DNA from: Perkinsus olseni
Taxonomy: Eukaryota
NCBI GenBank assembly: GCA_013115125.1
Contig: JABANN010000087.1
Span: 1-64,000 of the forward strand
Direction of reading: 5' to 3'
DNA: 64,000 nucleotides
Shown here: positions 1-13,056 of the stretch, piece by piece
How the letters are laid out: each line of letters opens with the position of its first letter
How positions within the stretch are numbered: position 1 is the first letter of the stretch
Notes under the pieces: model-generated
Databases searched by the model: none
What the model saw: the letters and a program-made list of their open reading frames with translations, nothing else
Told to the model about the DNA's origin: nothing
Position numbers and translations under genes: made by a program

Positions 1-607
1 AGCATTTGAACAGCCTCCCACGGGCTACAGACCCGAGTGCCACCGCAATCGCTCCGCGGTGCGCGGAAGAGCCCCCTGAAATTCTTTCGTTTTGCGGAAG
101 AATTGTGGCAGAGCTGGGAGCTGAATCATAACATATGATATGGGGGAGAAAGAAGGATTTCCTGCCCTGAAAAGCGGTGCGTTGAACCTCGCGATAAGAT
201 GAGAGAATCAAATCAATAGGTACAGGAGTTCTAAGTACCCAGCATGGTATGCCGGCTGCCAGCCAGGTGGTAGAGGCTGGGAGGTGGAGCAACTTAAACG
301 GCTGAGATTCGCAGTGTATCCCAGCCCGCGTGAAATAACCCTTCTCGTCCGGGAAGAGACGGAAAAACTCTATTTCAATCACCCATAAGATGAGTGTTTC
401 AACAAGGACTGGCTCCTTAACTCATTTTTTTTATTTTTTTTTGCGCCTCCGGCGCGAATATCACACTATATCGCGCAGCCCTCTCGCACCCTAAGCGAGA
501 ATCATACCACTAGACCACACAGCCAGTTAGTTTCTAATAGTTTCTCGTCGTGTACTACCCTTCAGAGTCGCTGAATCCGCATAGACCGGTCGGCTTCTGC
601 ACAGGTC

Positions 608-1846
608 GTGACGCAGGAGCAGTTGGCAGAGCTGCGCTCTCGCAATGCCGCACTCGAGAAAGAACTTCGACTGGCTCATCACCAATTGCGGAAGGAAGGA
701 AGACAAGAGAGCTATGCCCGCCCAGCTACGGTAGTCTTGCTCTTGTTGACGTCTACATACAGTATGCGCCGGAGCCGTGCGTCCGAGCGACAGGAGACTG
801 TTCTGACTTGATTCTAGCGGGCCAACGATGTTCCATCAACGAAACATCCCGTTGCGTTAGGCGAATTCCTTATCTCCGGCCAAGCCTTCCGCCTCTCGCC
901 GAAGTTGCCCCGGAGGCTCATTGGCTTTGGCAGTGCGGGAACCAGAAGGGAGAATCAGGGCGGGCGCTGCTGATAAGATCGTGTGGAAGCGGGTAGACGG
1001 GCGGATGGTTCCTGTCATGAAGGACGAGGGCTTGGAGCCGGTACAGTGATTTAGCTGGAGCGTTGAGGTTGGAAGCTAGGCTCTACAGGGACCTCTACCG
1101 CCTCGAGAAAATGAAGCGGCCGACAGTGCAACGCAGGGAGGAACGGGAAGGCTCGAGGCGATGCCCTTGGGCTCGGAGCAACCTCGGGAGACCGACGCCC
1201 CTCCAAAAGAACTGCCGCTCCTGGCGGTGAAAGCTGGGTCCCTGTCTCAGGTGAGGTCCGGGAAACGCAAACGTCAGTGAGATGAGGAGTTCAACTGGGT
1301 AACCCCTCTCAGGTCGAGCTCGATGAGTTTCTGTCTGCCCGATTTAAAGATATGTCACACGGATCGGGTGATGTATGCGGTCAATACTCCGCCTTCAGTA
1401 ACGGCATTATCTCCGACTACCTTCGTTACGCTGTTGAGAGCGGCGACAGAAGATCCACTGCTGCTGTCCTACACTCTCTGCGCCACATTACAGCCGAAAG
1501 GAGCTCCTCTGACGGACAGTTCGTGGCGCATATTCAAAAGGGCTTGGGGCGGGGGAACAAGCGGAAGCATAAATCGGTAGGAAGGAATTTCAAGGACAAC
1601 CTTCTCTCGTCTTTATCTCAATTATTCCATCAGATTTCATGGGCCCTCAACCTGTTTTGCGTGCACCTGGATATCTGCCGCATCCAGTTTTTGTCGAAGA
1701 GCCGCGATGATCCGTCGTTGGCGGAAGCTTGTGACGAGGAGTGGCGTGCCGCGGCAGAATTATACAATAGCGTCGCTGTACACGTGGAAGATCTTCATCA
1801 AGCGGTGGTGCTAGGGAGGGGCGACGATGGGAAGACGGTAGGATAA
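608..1846 (+). CDS. Hypothetical multi-exon protein with N-terminal coiled coil (ends approximate)
   Basis: Coiled-coil-like exon QEQLAELRSRNAALEKELRLAHHQLRKE, GT..AG-bounded segments, and a protein-like last ORF 1352-1846. No recognisable family. Confidence 0.4.
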
Positions 1847-1858
1847 GGTGGGATAAAA

Positions 1859-1931
1859 TTCCTATGCGGGGACTCGAACCCCGGTCGCGTGGGTGAGAGC
1901 CACGAATCCTAACCAGCTAGACTACATCGGA
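1859..1931 (-). tRNA. tRNA-Glu (anticodon CTC)
   Basis: Minus strand reads TCCGATGTAGTCTAGCTGGTTAGGATTCGTGGCT-CTC-ACCCACGCGACCGGGGTTCGAGTCCCCGCATAGGAA, 73 nt. Anticodon stem CGTGG/CCACG, T-loop GTTCGAG, followed by a TTTT Pol III terminator. Confidence 0.95.
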
Positions 1932-2029
1932 TGTGTATTTTTTGTGGTTCCCAAGTGGCGCACGTAGACAATTGCCATTCCTTCACAGCATTTCTTGCGC
2001 ATCACCTGTGTCGTCGAATCGTTCATCGG

Positions 2030-2966
2030 ATGAACTCCACCCGCACGCGGGTCTTCAAGGACTTTTGCGAGCAGTTCCGAGTCCTAGGTTCGCGAGCTCT
2101 TCCCGATAGGTACAAGATGATCCCGAGTGGCAAGACATCAGCCTGGACATACCCCCAACGCCATGCGAATTTCTCGAGCGTTTCGTGCTTCCCCACTGCC
2201 TCTGGCAAATCCCATTCGTCGAACTCCAGCGCAGATGTCTAGAGCATCTCGACTTCGACGTTGATGATGAGATCATGGACAGACTCTGGTCTCGAGTGGG
2301 TAGCCTTCCCGACAGACAGGTGAGCGCACCAGAGGCACCAGCGGACTTTTCGCAGGCGATTTAATTCTAGCTCGAGGATCGACGAGATATAGCCCGAAAT
2401 CGAGCCGAGAATAGCATAGTCGAAGAAGAAAAGGCTGAGGGACTGGAGGAAGCAGAGGCAGACTTCGCCGATCCCAATCCACCGAGAAAGTCCCGGAAGT
2501 CGATCGAGGAGGCCGTGCAGGAGGAGGTGGGACCGTTGGAGATACCTGTTGCGAAGTGTGTCGCAGTGGCGCTCAAGGAATGCTCACAGGAGATTCGTAT
2601 CCTCCCACGCCGACGTACAGGCCCTCGGTATACACGGACCATTTATTTCGGTCTATACTGTATGTCGTCCTATCATCGCAGACTTCTGTATCACTCCTAC
2701 CAGATCACCCGTCGGAGGAAGTCTGCGACGGAAGGAGAAGCTGCGGGGCGGAAGCCAGGTTTGGTGCAACACCCTCCCGTCGAGCGAGGCAGACGGATGG
2801 AACGGTGAGCCACTATGACGTTCGACCAGTAGAGCTACTTGCAGAGCCTCTTACGGGGAAATACGCAACGGGAATCGTTGCCTCTCCCGACAATGGAAGG
2901 ACCATACCTGGATCGATAGCCCTCTGTGGAGAAGCCAGTGCCTTCCGTTGCACTCTCCAACAATAA
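2030..2966 (+). CDS. Hypothetical multi-exon protein (3' end approximate)
   Basis: ATG at 2030 (MNSTRTRVFKDFCEQFRVL). Spliceable exons VQDDPEWQDISLDIPPTPCEFLERFVLPHCLWQIPFVELQRRCLEHLDFD... and EEEKAEGLEE...EIPVAKCVAVALKECSQEIRIL with GTGAG/GTATG donors. Confidence 0.55.
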
Positions 2967-3219
2967 ATTCGTCTATCGTGATGCTACAGCATCGTGATTC
3001 GTTTTCATCAGCCGTAGATAGGCGTCATCATTCCCGGTAAACGTGTTGAATTCTCCGATTCTCAGGGTTCAATCAGTTAGGCCTCCAATCGTCCTGGCTC
3101 TCTGTAAGATACAACCGTAAACCCAAAGCACCGAATATTGAAGTACGCCAGCACGTCCCAGGAGGAAGCTTCTACGATGAATGTAACGCGGTGGGACCCC
3201 TCAAAGCCCAACCGAATAT

Positions 3220-4208
3220 TCATGTTACGGTGTTCCAGATGAGCACTTCGGCAGTAGCCCTCTTGGTTACGGAGACGAGTCCCTGTCGCCGCTTGCTGGA
3301 CGTCTTCGGCTCAGCGCAGAGGCTTTCGACCCTCCTGGAAGTAGGCAACTGTCTCGAACATCCTCCAGTCGAGCTCATGCCAGTTGAATTTGGATCTTCC
3401 CTGATCTCTCCGGCCAATGGCGATGCTGCACTCTTGCCTTCTATACAAGCTGACGTTCCCAAGAAGGCCTCGCCAGTCAGACGACCGAGGGTTTTGGTCC
3501 CGGCCACACCTCTGACGATAGAGCGTCGACGAGGAGAAATGCCGGGGAGTCGAGGATGGCACGGGGCTGGTGCCTTCGGCAGAGTGAGGGGGATTTCTGA
3601 GTGCCCCTCAAGTAGAGATTGTTCATCCCCAGCGCCTGGCGCTATCAATTTTACCGTCTGTCAAGCTGCGCAGAATCCTCTTCTAGTGTCAAAATATGGC
3701 CGCAAAAATAAATCGCTAATCTTGGGTTTTGCCTGATTCTTAGGTTACTCCTACCGAACATAACAGGCGGCTGTTCACTCCCGCTCGCTCTGCGGTAAGT
3801 AACCTGAATCGTTGTCGGAATGTGGGAGAAGCGTTTTCATTTCAGTCTGGTTCCCGTAGTCTCTTCTCGCCAGGGGAAGTGCCACAGTTGCCAGCACTCC
3901 CGTTGGAGGCCGCAATGGCCTCGTTTGACATGACCACCCCGTCACCCACTACTCGGGGCCGGCGGTCGATGCTCCACAGCCGTTCCGTGTGCAAGCGTAG
4001 CGCTAGGAAACTACAAGAGCCTGAACCGATGAACTTGGCGGCTAAGGTAATGTGACTCTGATTCACGCGTATCACGCGGAGATGAAAAACCGGGAAATCT
4101 CCCTTCGGCCAGGCAGTCTGCGCTCTCTGCTGTTCCACATCGCAGCGCCATCGGTTTATTTCCGAGACGTCCCCCCCCCACTCTTGCGATCTCCTCGAAA
4201 TCCATCAC
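3220..4208 (-). CDS. Hypothetical low-complexity protein (extent uncertain)
   Basis: Series of minus-strand ORFs (4011-4208, 3842-4138, 3220-3648) with intron-like boundaries. No motif recognised. Confidence 0.25.
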
Positions 4209-4925
4209 GCAGCGTTTTCACTCCTAGATGTGGAGCTCTAGAAGCTGTCAGTATTGCTTTGCTCCGAGTAAACTATACGCGGGCTAGTATCTTCCTTCTA
4301 GGTTCTTCAGAGCCCTCTAGCCACAGTACAGGAGGAGTACCATGCTGAAGCGGTAGTAACCATCATTACGTACCTATCGATCATCAGTCGTGGTCCTGGC
4401 AGGAAACAGCCCCGGCGAACTCCCCCGAGGATTTGGTCGCAAGCGGCGCTCCCTCACTCGCTCCTTCTCCCGGTTCCGGCCCCGCGTTTGAAGTGATCCA
4501 GTCGCCAAGACGTCAGCGACGCAAGCGACGGAGCGAGGCTGTGGTGGATAACTCCGTGAATTGCTCGGCCGAGAGTAATGGGGCCCTTCCCACGGCTTCG
4601 AAACGAAGAAAGCGGGTACCTGCTTGACGACCCGTGACCGAGGGTAGTTTTTCCGCTGTATATTCATCTGGCGGAGTTGTGGCCGTTTTTTAATCCTTGA
4701 CAATGTAGCAGTAGCATGCTGAGCTTTCCAATTGCCAGTACAATTTATGCCATGGACCAATTCTGTAGCTATGTCGAGTTGGGATCCTTGGGGCGGGAAC
4801 GGCCTTTCATGCTTCCAAGGCCGCCTCGTTGGTTCTGGTGATGTCGGTGGGTCGAATTGTAAAGAGTTTTAACTGAAGATTACTCTCTTGCCCAGCTTAT
4901 CGTGTTGAGGTCTCTTCTCTCGTAT

Positions 4926-7900
4926 ATGGCCTGGCGTTCTTCGTCGACGTCGAACACCGGGCTCATTGAGAATCTTCAAAGGAATGGAGTAATTGCATCG
5001 AAGGCGGTCTTCCAGGCCATGGTGCGTCTGGGAGAGTGACTTCTTCAACATGGTCCCGGTCCGTCTGGCAATAGCTAGGTCTATGGATCTTTGTCGCTGT
5101 TCCACTTTTATTCAATCATATGAATGTGCGTGCCCGGAGTTCTGAAATTTATTCCCCCAGATCGTATCAGAGACATCGCGAACGCCGCATGCGGAGGAGG
5201 TTCAGTCGTGCTTTCATCCATGTCATTATCGTTGCCATTGTCCTCGCCTCTCATTCCCGGAACGTGCCGTGACCTTCAAGTTCAAGATCCGGTTCCGGGA
5301 GCTTCTACGATAGCTGTAACATGGTGGAAACTTTTGCATTCTTACCGAATGTTCATTTCATGATCGTATCAGATAAGCAATTCGTTGGAAGTACATTCCC
5401 AATCCGATGTATCTCTTTCGCTGCATGCTTGTTATTTCACAGATATCAGTTGACCGAGGTAACTATGTTCTTGAAAGAGCTAGGGCGTACGAAGATTCGC
5501 CGCAGTATATCGGCCACAGTGCGACTATAAGTGCTCCCCACATGCATGCCCATGCGTTGGAACTATTAGAACCGTTCATAGTCGGAGGAGCTAAGAAGTA
5601 GGAATCCGTCCATTCTGATGCGGAATGAGTGAAATATTACCACGTCGTGGCGTTTTCTGGCGTATCTTTCTCTCGCCAACTCAACGTTGCCAGTGCTGAA
5701 CTTATTTATCATTGAAATGCCCTGCTAAACGTATCCTTCTTACTATTAGAAGCCTAATCGCAGTAGCCTGGGCGTCCCATTCAAGGAGAGGGTCATCGGA
5801 TCCTACAGTGATTCTACTTACGTGATCCTCCTCTATTCCCACAGTCATATCATAATTATCGCACCGACCTGTTCGTCTGTATTGATATCGTTCTTTCGTA
5901 TCACATGAGAGCAGACATACGATCCAGCATCGATTGAATTAGCTTAGCGTATCTTATCATCGTGTACTCCCTTATCCTTCTGTCTGTACTGCAATAAATG
6001 GAGGACTGTCGTTTCGATTTTCTGCTGCTTGGATCTCTCTCTGTCTTGAGACCGGTGCCTCCCGTTTAGGATTCTCGATGTTGGCAGCGGTAGCGGCTAC
6101 TTGGCTGTGTGTATGGCCCGGTTGGCTGGCGCGACAAGCAAGGTCGTGGGCATCGAGTGAGTAACGCAAGCTTGAGGGTGATAATGTCAATCAATTCGCT
6201 GATGTTTTGATCTGATTTGTTTACTTTGTGCACTGCAATGGTGATCATGCGTAGGCAGAAAATCACGCTGTGTACTTCGAATGATTTTTATTGATCATCA
6301 TTTTCCCGGAAGATGTTAAGGCACGATTCTTCCGGCTCATTAGAACCCTAGCCGAAGAAAGTGACCTTCCCCACGGGAAGATGTCTTTGGACCTGAACGC
6401 GCTTCACTCATGTGACAGCAGGATCTTCAGCACTGCGTTGAACTCTAGCGGGCTCGACTTGGATAATTGCAACTTCCGATCGTTTGATCGTGCAACCCGA
6501 AAGTCGAAGGTGCGTGAACTTAATCTGCGGCGCTTGAACGTCTTAAACGATTGGCTCGACGCGTAGTGCCACGGACTGGAAGTCTACTCAGTGTAGATGG
6601 CTGGGAGGTTTGGTAGATGGTCTTGAGAGAACGGGAGGGTTCAAGCAGACGAAGGACTGCGAGGAGATCGCGAACAGTTCAGAGTCTCGTAGTCAGGAGA
6701 ATGCTGCGAGACACCCATGTAGAATTGTGCAACATGATCCTTGCTTCGGGATAAATTGTCGTAGAGGTGTAGCTTCGTAGTTGCAACCATGAAAGTCGAG
6801 GCTATGCGAAGGCGAGCTCTGATACTCCGTACTAGACTACGATGGCCGGTGATCGGAGGCTGAAATACCGAAAACTCTGTTGGATTGTTACATATTTTCT
6901 GGCGGCCTCGAAGAGGTGTTTTCATCGACGGGGTGGACTAACAAACAAGAGGGACGCGGAAGTCGATCTTTAGTATCGCACGCTACGCAGAGGCGGAATA
7001 TGAAGATTATGCTCCATTTGACGAGGAGCGAGCATATTATTGTCTTCATGTTGGCGAGCATCCCGTCTCTGGTATGGCGGTGGCGGTCCGCCACTGGCGG
7101 ATCCACAGCCGCATTGAATTGTCAAACTTCGACAACGGCATACACTGCTCGCACGAATTGATCCGTTTCAAGTCGTTGGAATGAACCTCACTTCATTGGT
7201 GTTGCTCAGTTACATAGCACCCTTGGTGGAGTTCTCTATCGCAAATGTCGAGAAGAAGGATGGCGATCTGTTAGCGTCCAATCGCCTTGAACTTGTGGAG
7301 GGGGACGGGTAGGTCGAAGCTTCAGCCTGGCCTTAGTACTGTGAAGTCGTCGTGCACATCAAATCGCGCGCAAAATCCTCTGGTATTGTTGTAGTACAAC
7401 GATACAACGGGTACATGTACAACGGTAGTAGTACACTATTCATGCGTGGACCCGACTCACTCATGGAGCACTTATAGGATTTTTGATATCACGCCTACGA
7501 TCGGTCAGGCAGTTATCTTACCGTGTGGAAGACCCTGTTATATCCTATTGCTGAACCGTTCAGAAAAGCCTTCATGTCCACGGCTACGCGGAGCTCGTCC
7601 GTGTGAACTCCTCTATAGGTGGTCCGGTTATGAAGCTGAGGCACCCTACGACGCGATCCACGTTGGCGCAGCAGCGGAGAGTGTCCCGAAAGCTCTGGTA
7701 GATCAGCTCAAGCGAGGCGGAAGGATGGTGATCCCTGTCGGCGCGTACGGTGGTTCGCAAGTAATTCGGATCCTAGGTCCTCTCGTCAGCTCCCGCGTCC
7801 TTTTGGTCAGATATTTTACCAAATCGACAAGGACGAGACCGGCGCGGTGACGAAGCACCCGCTGATGGGAGTTCAGTACGTACCATTGGTAAAGCCGAGA

Positions 7901-7936
7901 GATATGGCTAGCAGCGATGATAGTGACGAACTGTAG
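4926..7936 (+). CDS. PCMT1: Protein-L-isoaspartate(D-aspartate) O-methyltransferase, 6 exons (possible extra upstream exon at 4841)
   Basis: Exons give [17 protein letters not shown]..., VDRGNY...[38 protein letters not shown] (SAM motif I), [33 protein letters not shown] and [10 protein letters not shown]-terminus is ...SSDDSDEL*. Confidence 0.95.
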
Positions 7937-8063
7937 ATCGTCGCCAAAAACATTTATTATCAGTTCTTGTGATACGTCATTTCTTCGAGTAAGACAGCAC
8001 TGCTTGAATTTACTCCCCAGCTGTTCCGTTCACAAGCGGCTGTTGCTGTGGGGGGGGCATAGT

Positions 8064-10255
8064 ATGGCTCGATATGTTTAACAACGGCATGTGAAGCGTC
8101 ACGTGCTTGGCTGAAACACTGAATGGGAGGGATCCTTGTATTCTCTACAACGTCTCTCCTTCTCTAGCACGAAAACCGTCTGGCGGTCCGGCGCCGGTTC
8201 GAAAAGGTTCCGTAGCGAGTTTAACAAGACCTACTAGTGACTGCGAGGGAAGAGAGGTTGTTGATATGTGGATGGAGTCGATTGGTGCGTCGATGGTTCC
8301 ATTCTCGACGGACCTCGGTGGCTGCGGACCGGAGCGTCCGATGAAGAAACAGGTGGTTTAATACCCTACCATGTCCAACCCGACGCTGCGCCCCCCAGGA
8401 GAATCGCCTCCGGTCCCGTCCCCAGTGAGGGTGTCGTCTGTTACGCAGGGCAGCACCGAGCATTGGCGGGTGGGAGGACTCTCTGAATGTCTTTCTATCA
8501 TGGCACATCTCTCAGGTCGTTGAAACCATTTTTAGCAAATTTACGGATGCGCAGATCTCAGCTGTCTTGTTGCCCCTACTGAAAAGCAGGCCGGAGGCCC
8601 TCCGACAGAGGGTGAGTCCGTGCGTAGCCCAGAATACCCCTGCTCAACACTCAGAAGCTAGTGGAATCGCTGGTGCTAGAGTCAACCAACCACAGCCTGT
8701 TGCGCGTCGAGTCCACAGCCATCTCGAATGGTCGTTAAGCATGCGCACTTTCCCAAAATCGCGTCCGTCACCTACCGGAATCGACAGCTGTGCAGGTTCT
8801 CGTGGCTGCGCTATCCCTGGCTCACAGCGAATTAGGCGAATCTATCAATTCCACAGCGTCAACACCGGGGTCCCCGGTGGGGTCTCCTTCGAGTCCGTCT
8901 ACGAGCAGCAGTGCCGGCGGTGGCGGCGGCGGCATAGCGCTCCCGCGGAGCTTGCTCCACCCCCTCACTGGCCGCGAGTTCCACGGTAGGAAGCGGTGTT
9001 CCGAATCGGTGTAAATACTCGGTGTATTGGGAAGACTGGGGGGGCATTGAACTGAAATTGGGGGACTTAGACGATTTATTAAGAGAGGTTCTCTGTCTTT
9101 TCGGGCGTAGGATTCATGTCTTTCCACATGTTTTTCAGCTGGACTCAATAGGTTGAGGAATGCTAGCTATGTCGTCCGACGCAATCACTGATGGAAATCG
9201 ACAGCGTGGCCATCTCAGGATCGGCGGAAGCGTCGGATGAGAGCAGTGTTAAGAGCTACGCTCATAGCACCATCCGGCTTCTTGGGAGAGACTCGGTCGG
9301 CTTCGCATCCGTGGATCAGGTGAATCGCGCCGGGGTTGCTGCCGCCTGGACTCGCAGAAGTGAGTCTGCGTGATATTCAGGAGGAGCAGCCGGCGATAGC
9401 ACACCAGTTCCGTATCGTGAATGATAGCGGTGAGCAGTTCACAGTGAACGTGGCACCCAACTCAACGCCTTCATGCGACTGCCCCGCATTCGTCGCCGCA
9501 CCCGACTTTTGCTGCGAGTAAGTGTCGGCTCCTTACCTCACTCTGCCTTGTTATGAAGCCGTGTTCAAACCCAGGCACTTGCTCTTCGTTTACGTGCAAG
9601 TGCTCAAGTTACCCGCAGCGAGACAGGCAGTTGCTGAAGCCCTGAAGAAGCCCAGCATCTTCGAAGACATCGAGCGAGAGCAGAATATCTCAGGGCTGCA
9701 CCAGTGCCAAATCTGCTTCAAACTTGAGGGTCGCGGGCCTTTTGTGATGACCTGTGGCGGTTGCGGCGGAAGAATGTGCGTTCCCGGGTGATCCGAATCA
9801 TCCCTATGTTACGTTTTCATGGACGGGCTCGTCGAACTGAGCTGTCGGACGATGCTTGATAGCACGCGAAACGCCGAATGAGCTCGAGTAGCACATCTTT
9901 CACTGTCAATCTGCGTACCCTGGCTACCAACTCGGTAGCCAGTGTAGTACCAAGCCTCCGGACTTTATACTCCTGACGTTATGGAAATCAGATATCATAA
10001 GAAGTGTCACAATGTGTGGCTCGCTCATTACAGACAGTTGGCGGAGAGTTCTGGAACTTCGGGCCAGTTCGCGACCCTACCAGGGACGTAAGTTTGCGTG
10101 ATAGTTGCTCGGCTCCGTGTTGTCGAGATCTCGAACCCCGGGTCGTTCTCAGGGCACCGGCTCTCTGCTCTCGCTGTGCCCCACCGATAATTAGACTCGT
10201 GGAGACGAATGGCACGGTCCTCAAGATAGTGACCGCCTCGTACAGTCTCCCTTGA
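8064..10255 (+). CDS. SWIM zinc finger + C4HC3 (PHD/RING-variant) protein, probable E3 ligase-like (5' end uncertain)
   Basis: Spliced SWIM motif PSCDCPAFVAAPDFCC-E-HLLFVYVQVLKLP (CxC..CxH), then CQIC..CGGC..YHKKCHNVW..CSRC. Stop at 10255. Confidence 0.75.
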
Positions 10256-11105
10256 AGGTAAGCACTTGAATGGAATGCCTACTTAGTGTCGACATGCGCG
10301 ACATGGATGATCTTCGGCATCGATAGTGAATATGACATGACGTAATGGCAGATTTCCCCACTGCGGAACGGTTCTGTAAACGTCCTCTCAGGTAGATAGG
10401 AGCTAGTGGCTCTCTGCGGAATATGTCCACTTGCGCGTTTCGAAGTCTCACATTTGGGCCTGTTGCGTTAGTTCCATAGTCAGGATCGTAGCAATTGTTC
10501 AAGTGACGATACGTTGCGCGATCCGACTCCTTCACGACGGCTCATTGACGACCTTCATCGGGCCGAGAACATCCGAATGCGTTTCAGACGGTGGAGAAGC
10601 GGTAGCAATGGACTCAAGAGTATGCTTAGTCGCAGCTCACATATCGAGCCAAGGCATGACTACGCGCGGGGTGTAGTGGCCGACGCCTGTTCTCGGGATT
10701 CGCCTTCACCTTTTCGAATGGAGTTCTTTTGTGTTCAGTTTTGTCGCGTTGAGGATTGCGGCTCCCTACCAAATGCGAATCGATGCTCATAAGAAACTCA
10801 AACGAAGCAATACTGAAATGGCGACTAAGATATCAGCGATAACCATTGGACATGCTAGCCACTCTATGAGTTCCTGCAGTTCTTCCAGTTGCACGACTGT
10901 TAGCTCTCCGTGGACGTGGAATAAGCCTGCTGCTCAGCAGAGGAGCCAATGGAGCTGTCGTAGGCTTCCTCTCTTCAGTCGGAGACCTGTCACCGGGTCG
11001 TGAAGACTATCCAGTTCGTTTCCTCGCAAGCTCGCACGCAACGCAGGCCACAGTAATGAAGCAGGCACCCGGAACGCCGAGCGTGATAACCAAAACGCTC
11101 GAACG

Positions 11106-13056
11106 TTACAACAGCCTATTTCCGATCAAGAAACCGGGACCTCGCGAGTCCACGGCCACGTGAAAACCAGTGGTGACGTGACCTACGTCAAAGTATTGCT
11201 TGCCCTGCTGAGACGTCCCAACAGAGGAACGAAATTCGCTGGGAGACAAGCGGCTAGCGGATGCACTCCGACGGGCGGTGCCTGAGACCCGTGATGGTAG
11301 GCCGGTTACCGTTGGACTACAGACCGACCGCTGAAAGACAAACCGATTAGAAGACTCAGAAGAATGTTCTGTGAGTGAGTGTGGCGCAAAGGAGGCCGCC
11401 ATGGCGTGTGTATCTTGGCTATTGTTTGGGAATCTTCCGACCGAAGTGAGCGTAACTCCTACAGCTCTTTGATCAGCTCCGCCGAACAAGATGCTCTCAA
11501 CATCAATCCCGAATCTACTATCTGGCTTGATATCCTCGGCGCCATACTCTTCCTCTGGGAGACGACCCCAGGGGTATGAGTCGAGCTCGCCAGGATTGTG
11601 AGACCCTCGCTCGGATTTGCTCGGAATGGGATTTCTACTAGCGTACCTGGGACGAAACATTACAACGACGGAGCCCGGGGGAATGTCTCTCGAGCCGCCG
11701 AGATTATGGGGGTAGATGGTCGCGGAATCCGAGTGACTGTGGGCTGCTCTCACACTTCGAGGGTTGCGCTGTCCAGCAATTCAGCACACTCTCCGGGTAG
11801 CACTTCGCCAAGCGACGGCTCCGAGAGGCGCTGAGGCGAGACGGTTTTGCTGGCAGGAGTACAGACGTTACGACTTCGGTACCGGACTTCTCGGAATTCT
11901 ACCAGCTCCTTGGGAGTCGGAAGGCCTGTTTCGGTCGGAAGTGACAACGGTTCGAGGGCAGTAGCTGACGGTGTGGCACTCCTGTTTTTTTAAGGAGTGC
12001 ACCGCGTGTAATTGGCACTCGAAGAATGCTTAATTACCCTGTTCACCAATACCCGGGTAAGTGATCGATAGTCAGTGCGAGTCTCAGTTTAGAACAGCAA
12101 AGGGCCTCACTTACCATAGGAATCTTCGCTGAGGATCTCGCATGAGACGGAACCTCGGTGCCTCCTGTAGTTCCGGCTCCCGCTTTTGGACGCCTGTTGC
12201 GTAAGCTCGCATGAAGTCCACCTGGCAAAAGCACGCTAGTCTACTGACCGCGTTGCGAGCTTTTGACACCGCGCGAACCGATGCAACTTACCTCCGTCAC
12301 AGCCGGGCATGGGTGTCGGGTGATGCGACCTAGCGGCTCCGGCAGTGACATGTTCCTTGGCCGGAGAACGCGCTGCAGGCGACTTGGCCTCTAGCAATGC
12401 AAGATATTCAAGGCATTGATTGAGGTCTATCCCATTCCATTCACTTTTTCCAGCTCGGAGAGTTGGAGAGGCGCGATGTGAGCCTGCAACGTTCGACTTC
12501 GTCCCCTCCGGCGCTTCCAGCGTAACAGCCTTCAGTTCACTCCTGCGTGACGTCTCCGATGATGCGCGGCAACTTCGACTGTGTTTCGAAAGAGTGTCCT
12601 GAGAGGCCGAGCTTCGTTGCAGCGGTGGTTCCCGATGCACCATGAAGTTGAACTTCCGCCCGCATATGTCACACTGGGGTCGAGTTCTCCGTGCCGCTGC
12701 CCCCAGCTTTGAGTACTTGGCAACATCACGCGGAGGATGTAACTAACGCGCGGTATTAGGCGAAGGCATCATGTGAGCACTCAGTAGAGAGCCATCACCT
12801 TGATCAGTTTCAGGTAAGATGCCCCGTCGGTTCCGCGGAGGTAATGCGTGGTTTTATCGAACTTCGGAACTGAGGGAATATAGTATACGACCACTGTCCC
12901 GAAGAAGCCACGATTCACCGCCGACGAACACTTGTGCTGATCACGCCACAGAGGATTATGCTTAGGCGCCCACCTTTCATCCGTCCGCAAGAGCTGGCAT
13001 GCTTCCGAAGGGAGGCCGGACTGAGAGTTAAGCGAGGGTGAACTAGAGTCAGACAA
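11106..13056 (-). CDS. Hypothetical Ser/Pro-rich multi-exon protein
   Basis: Consecutive minus-strand ORFs (12781-13056, 12236-12643, 11750-11947, 11106-11753) with splice-like ends. No family recognised. Confidence 0.35.
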
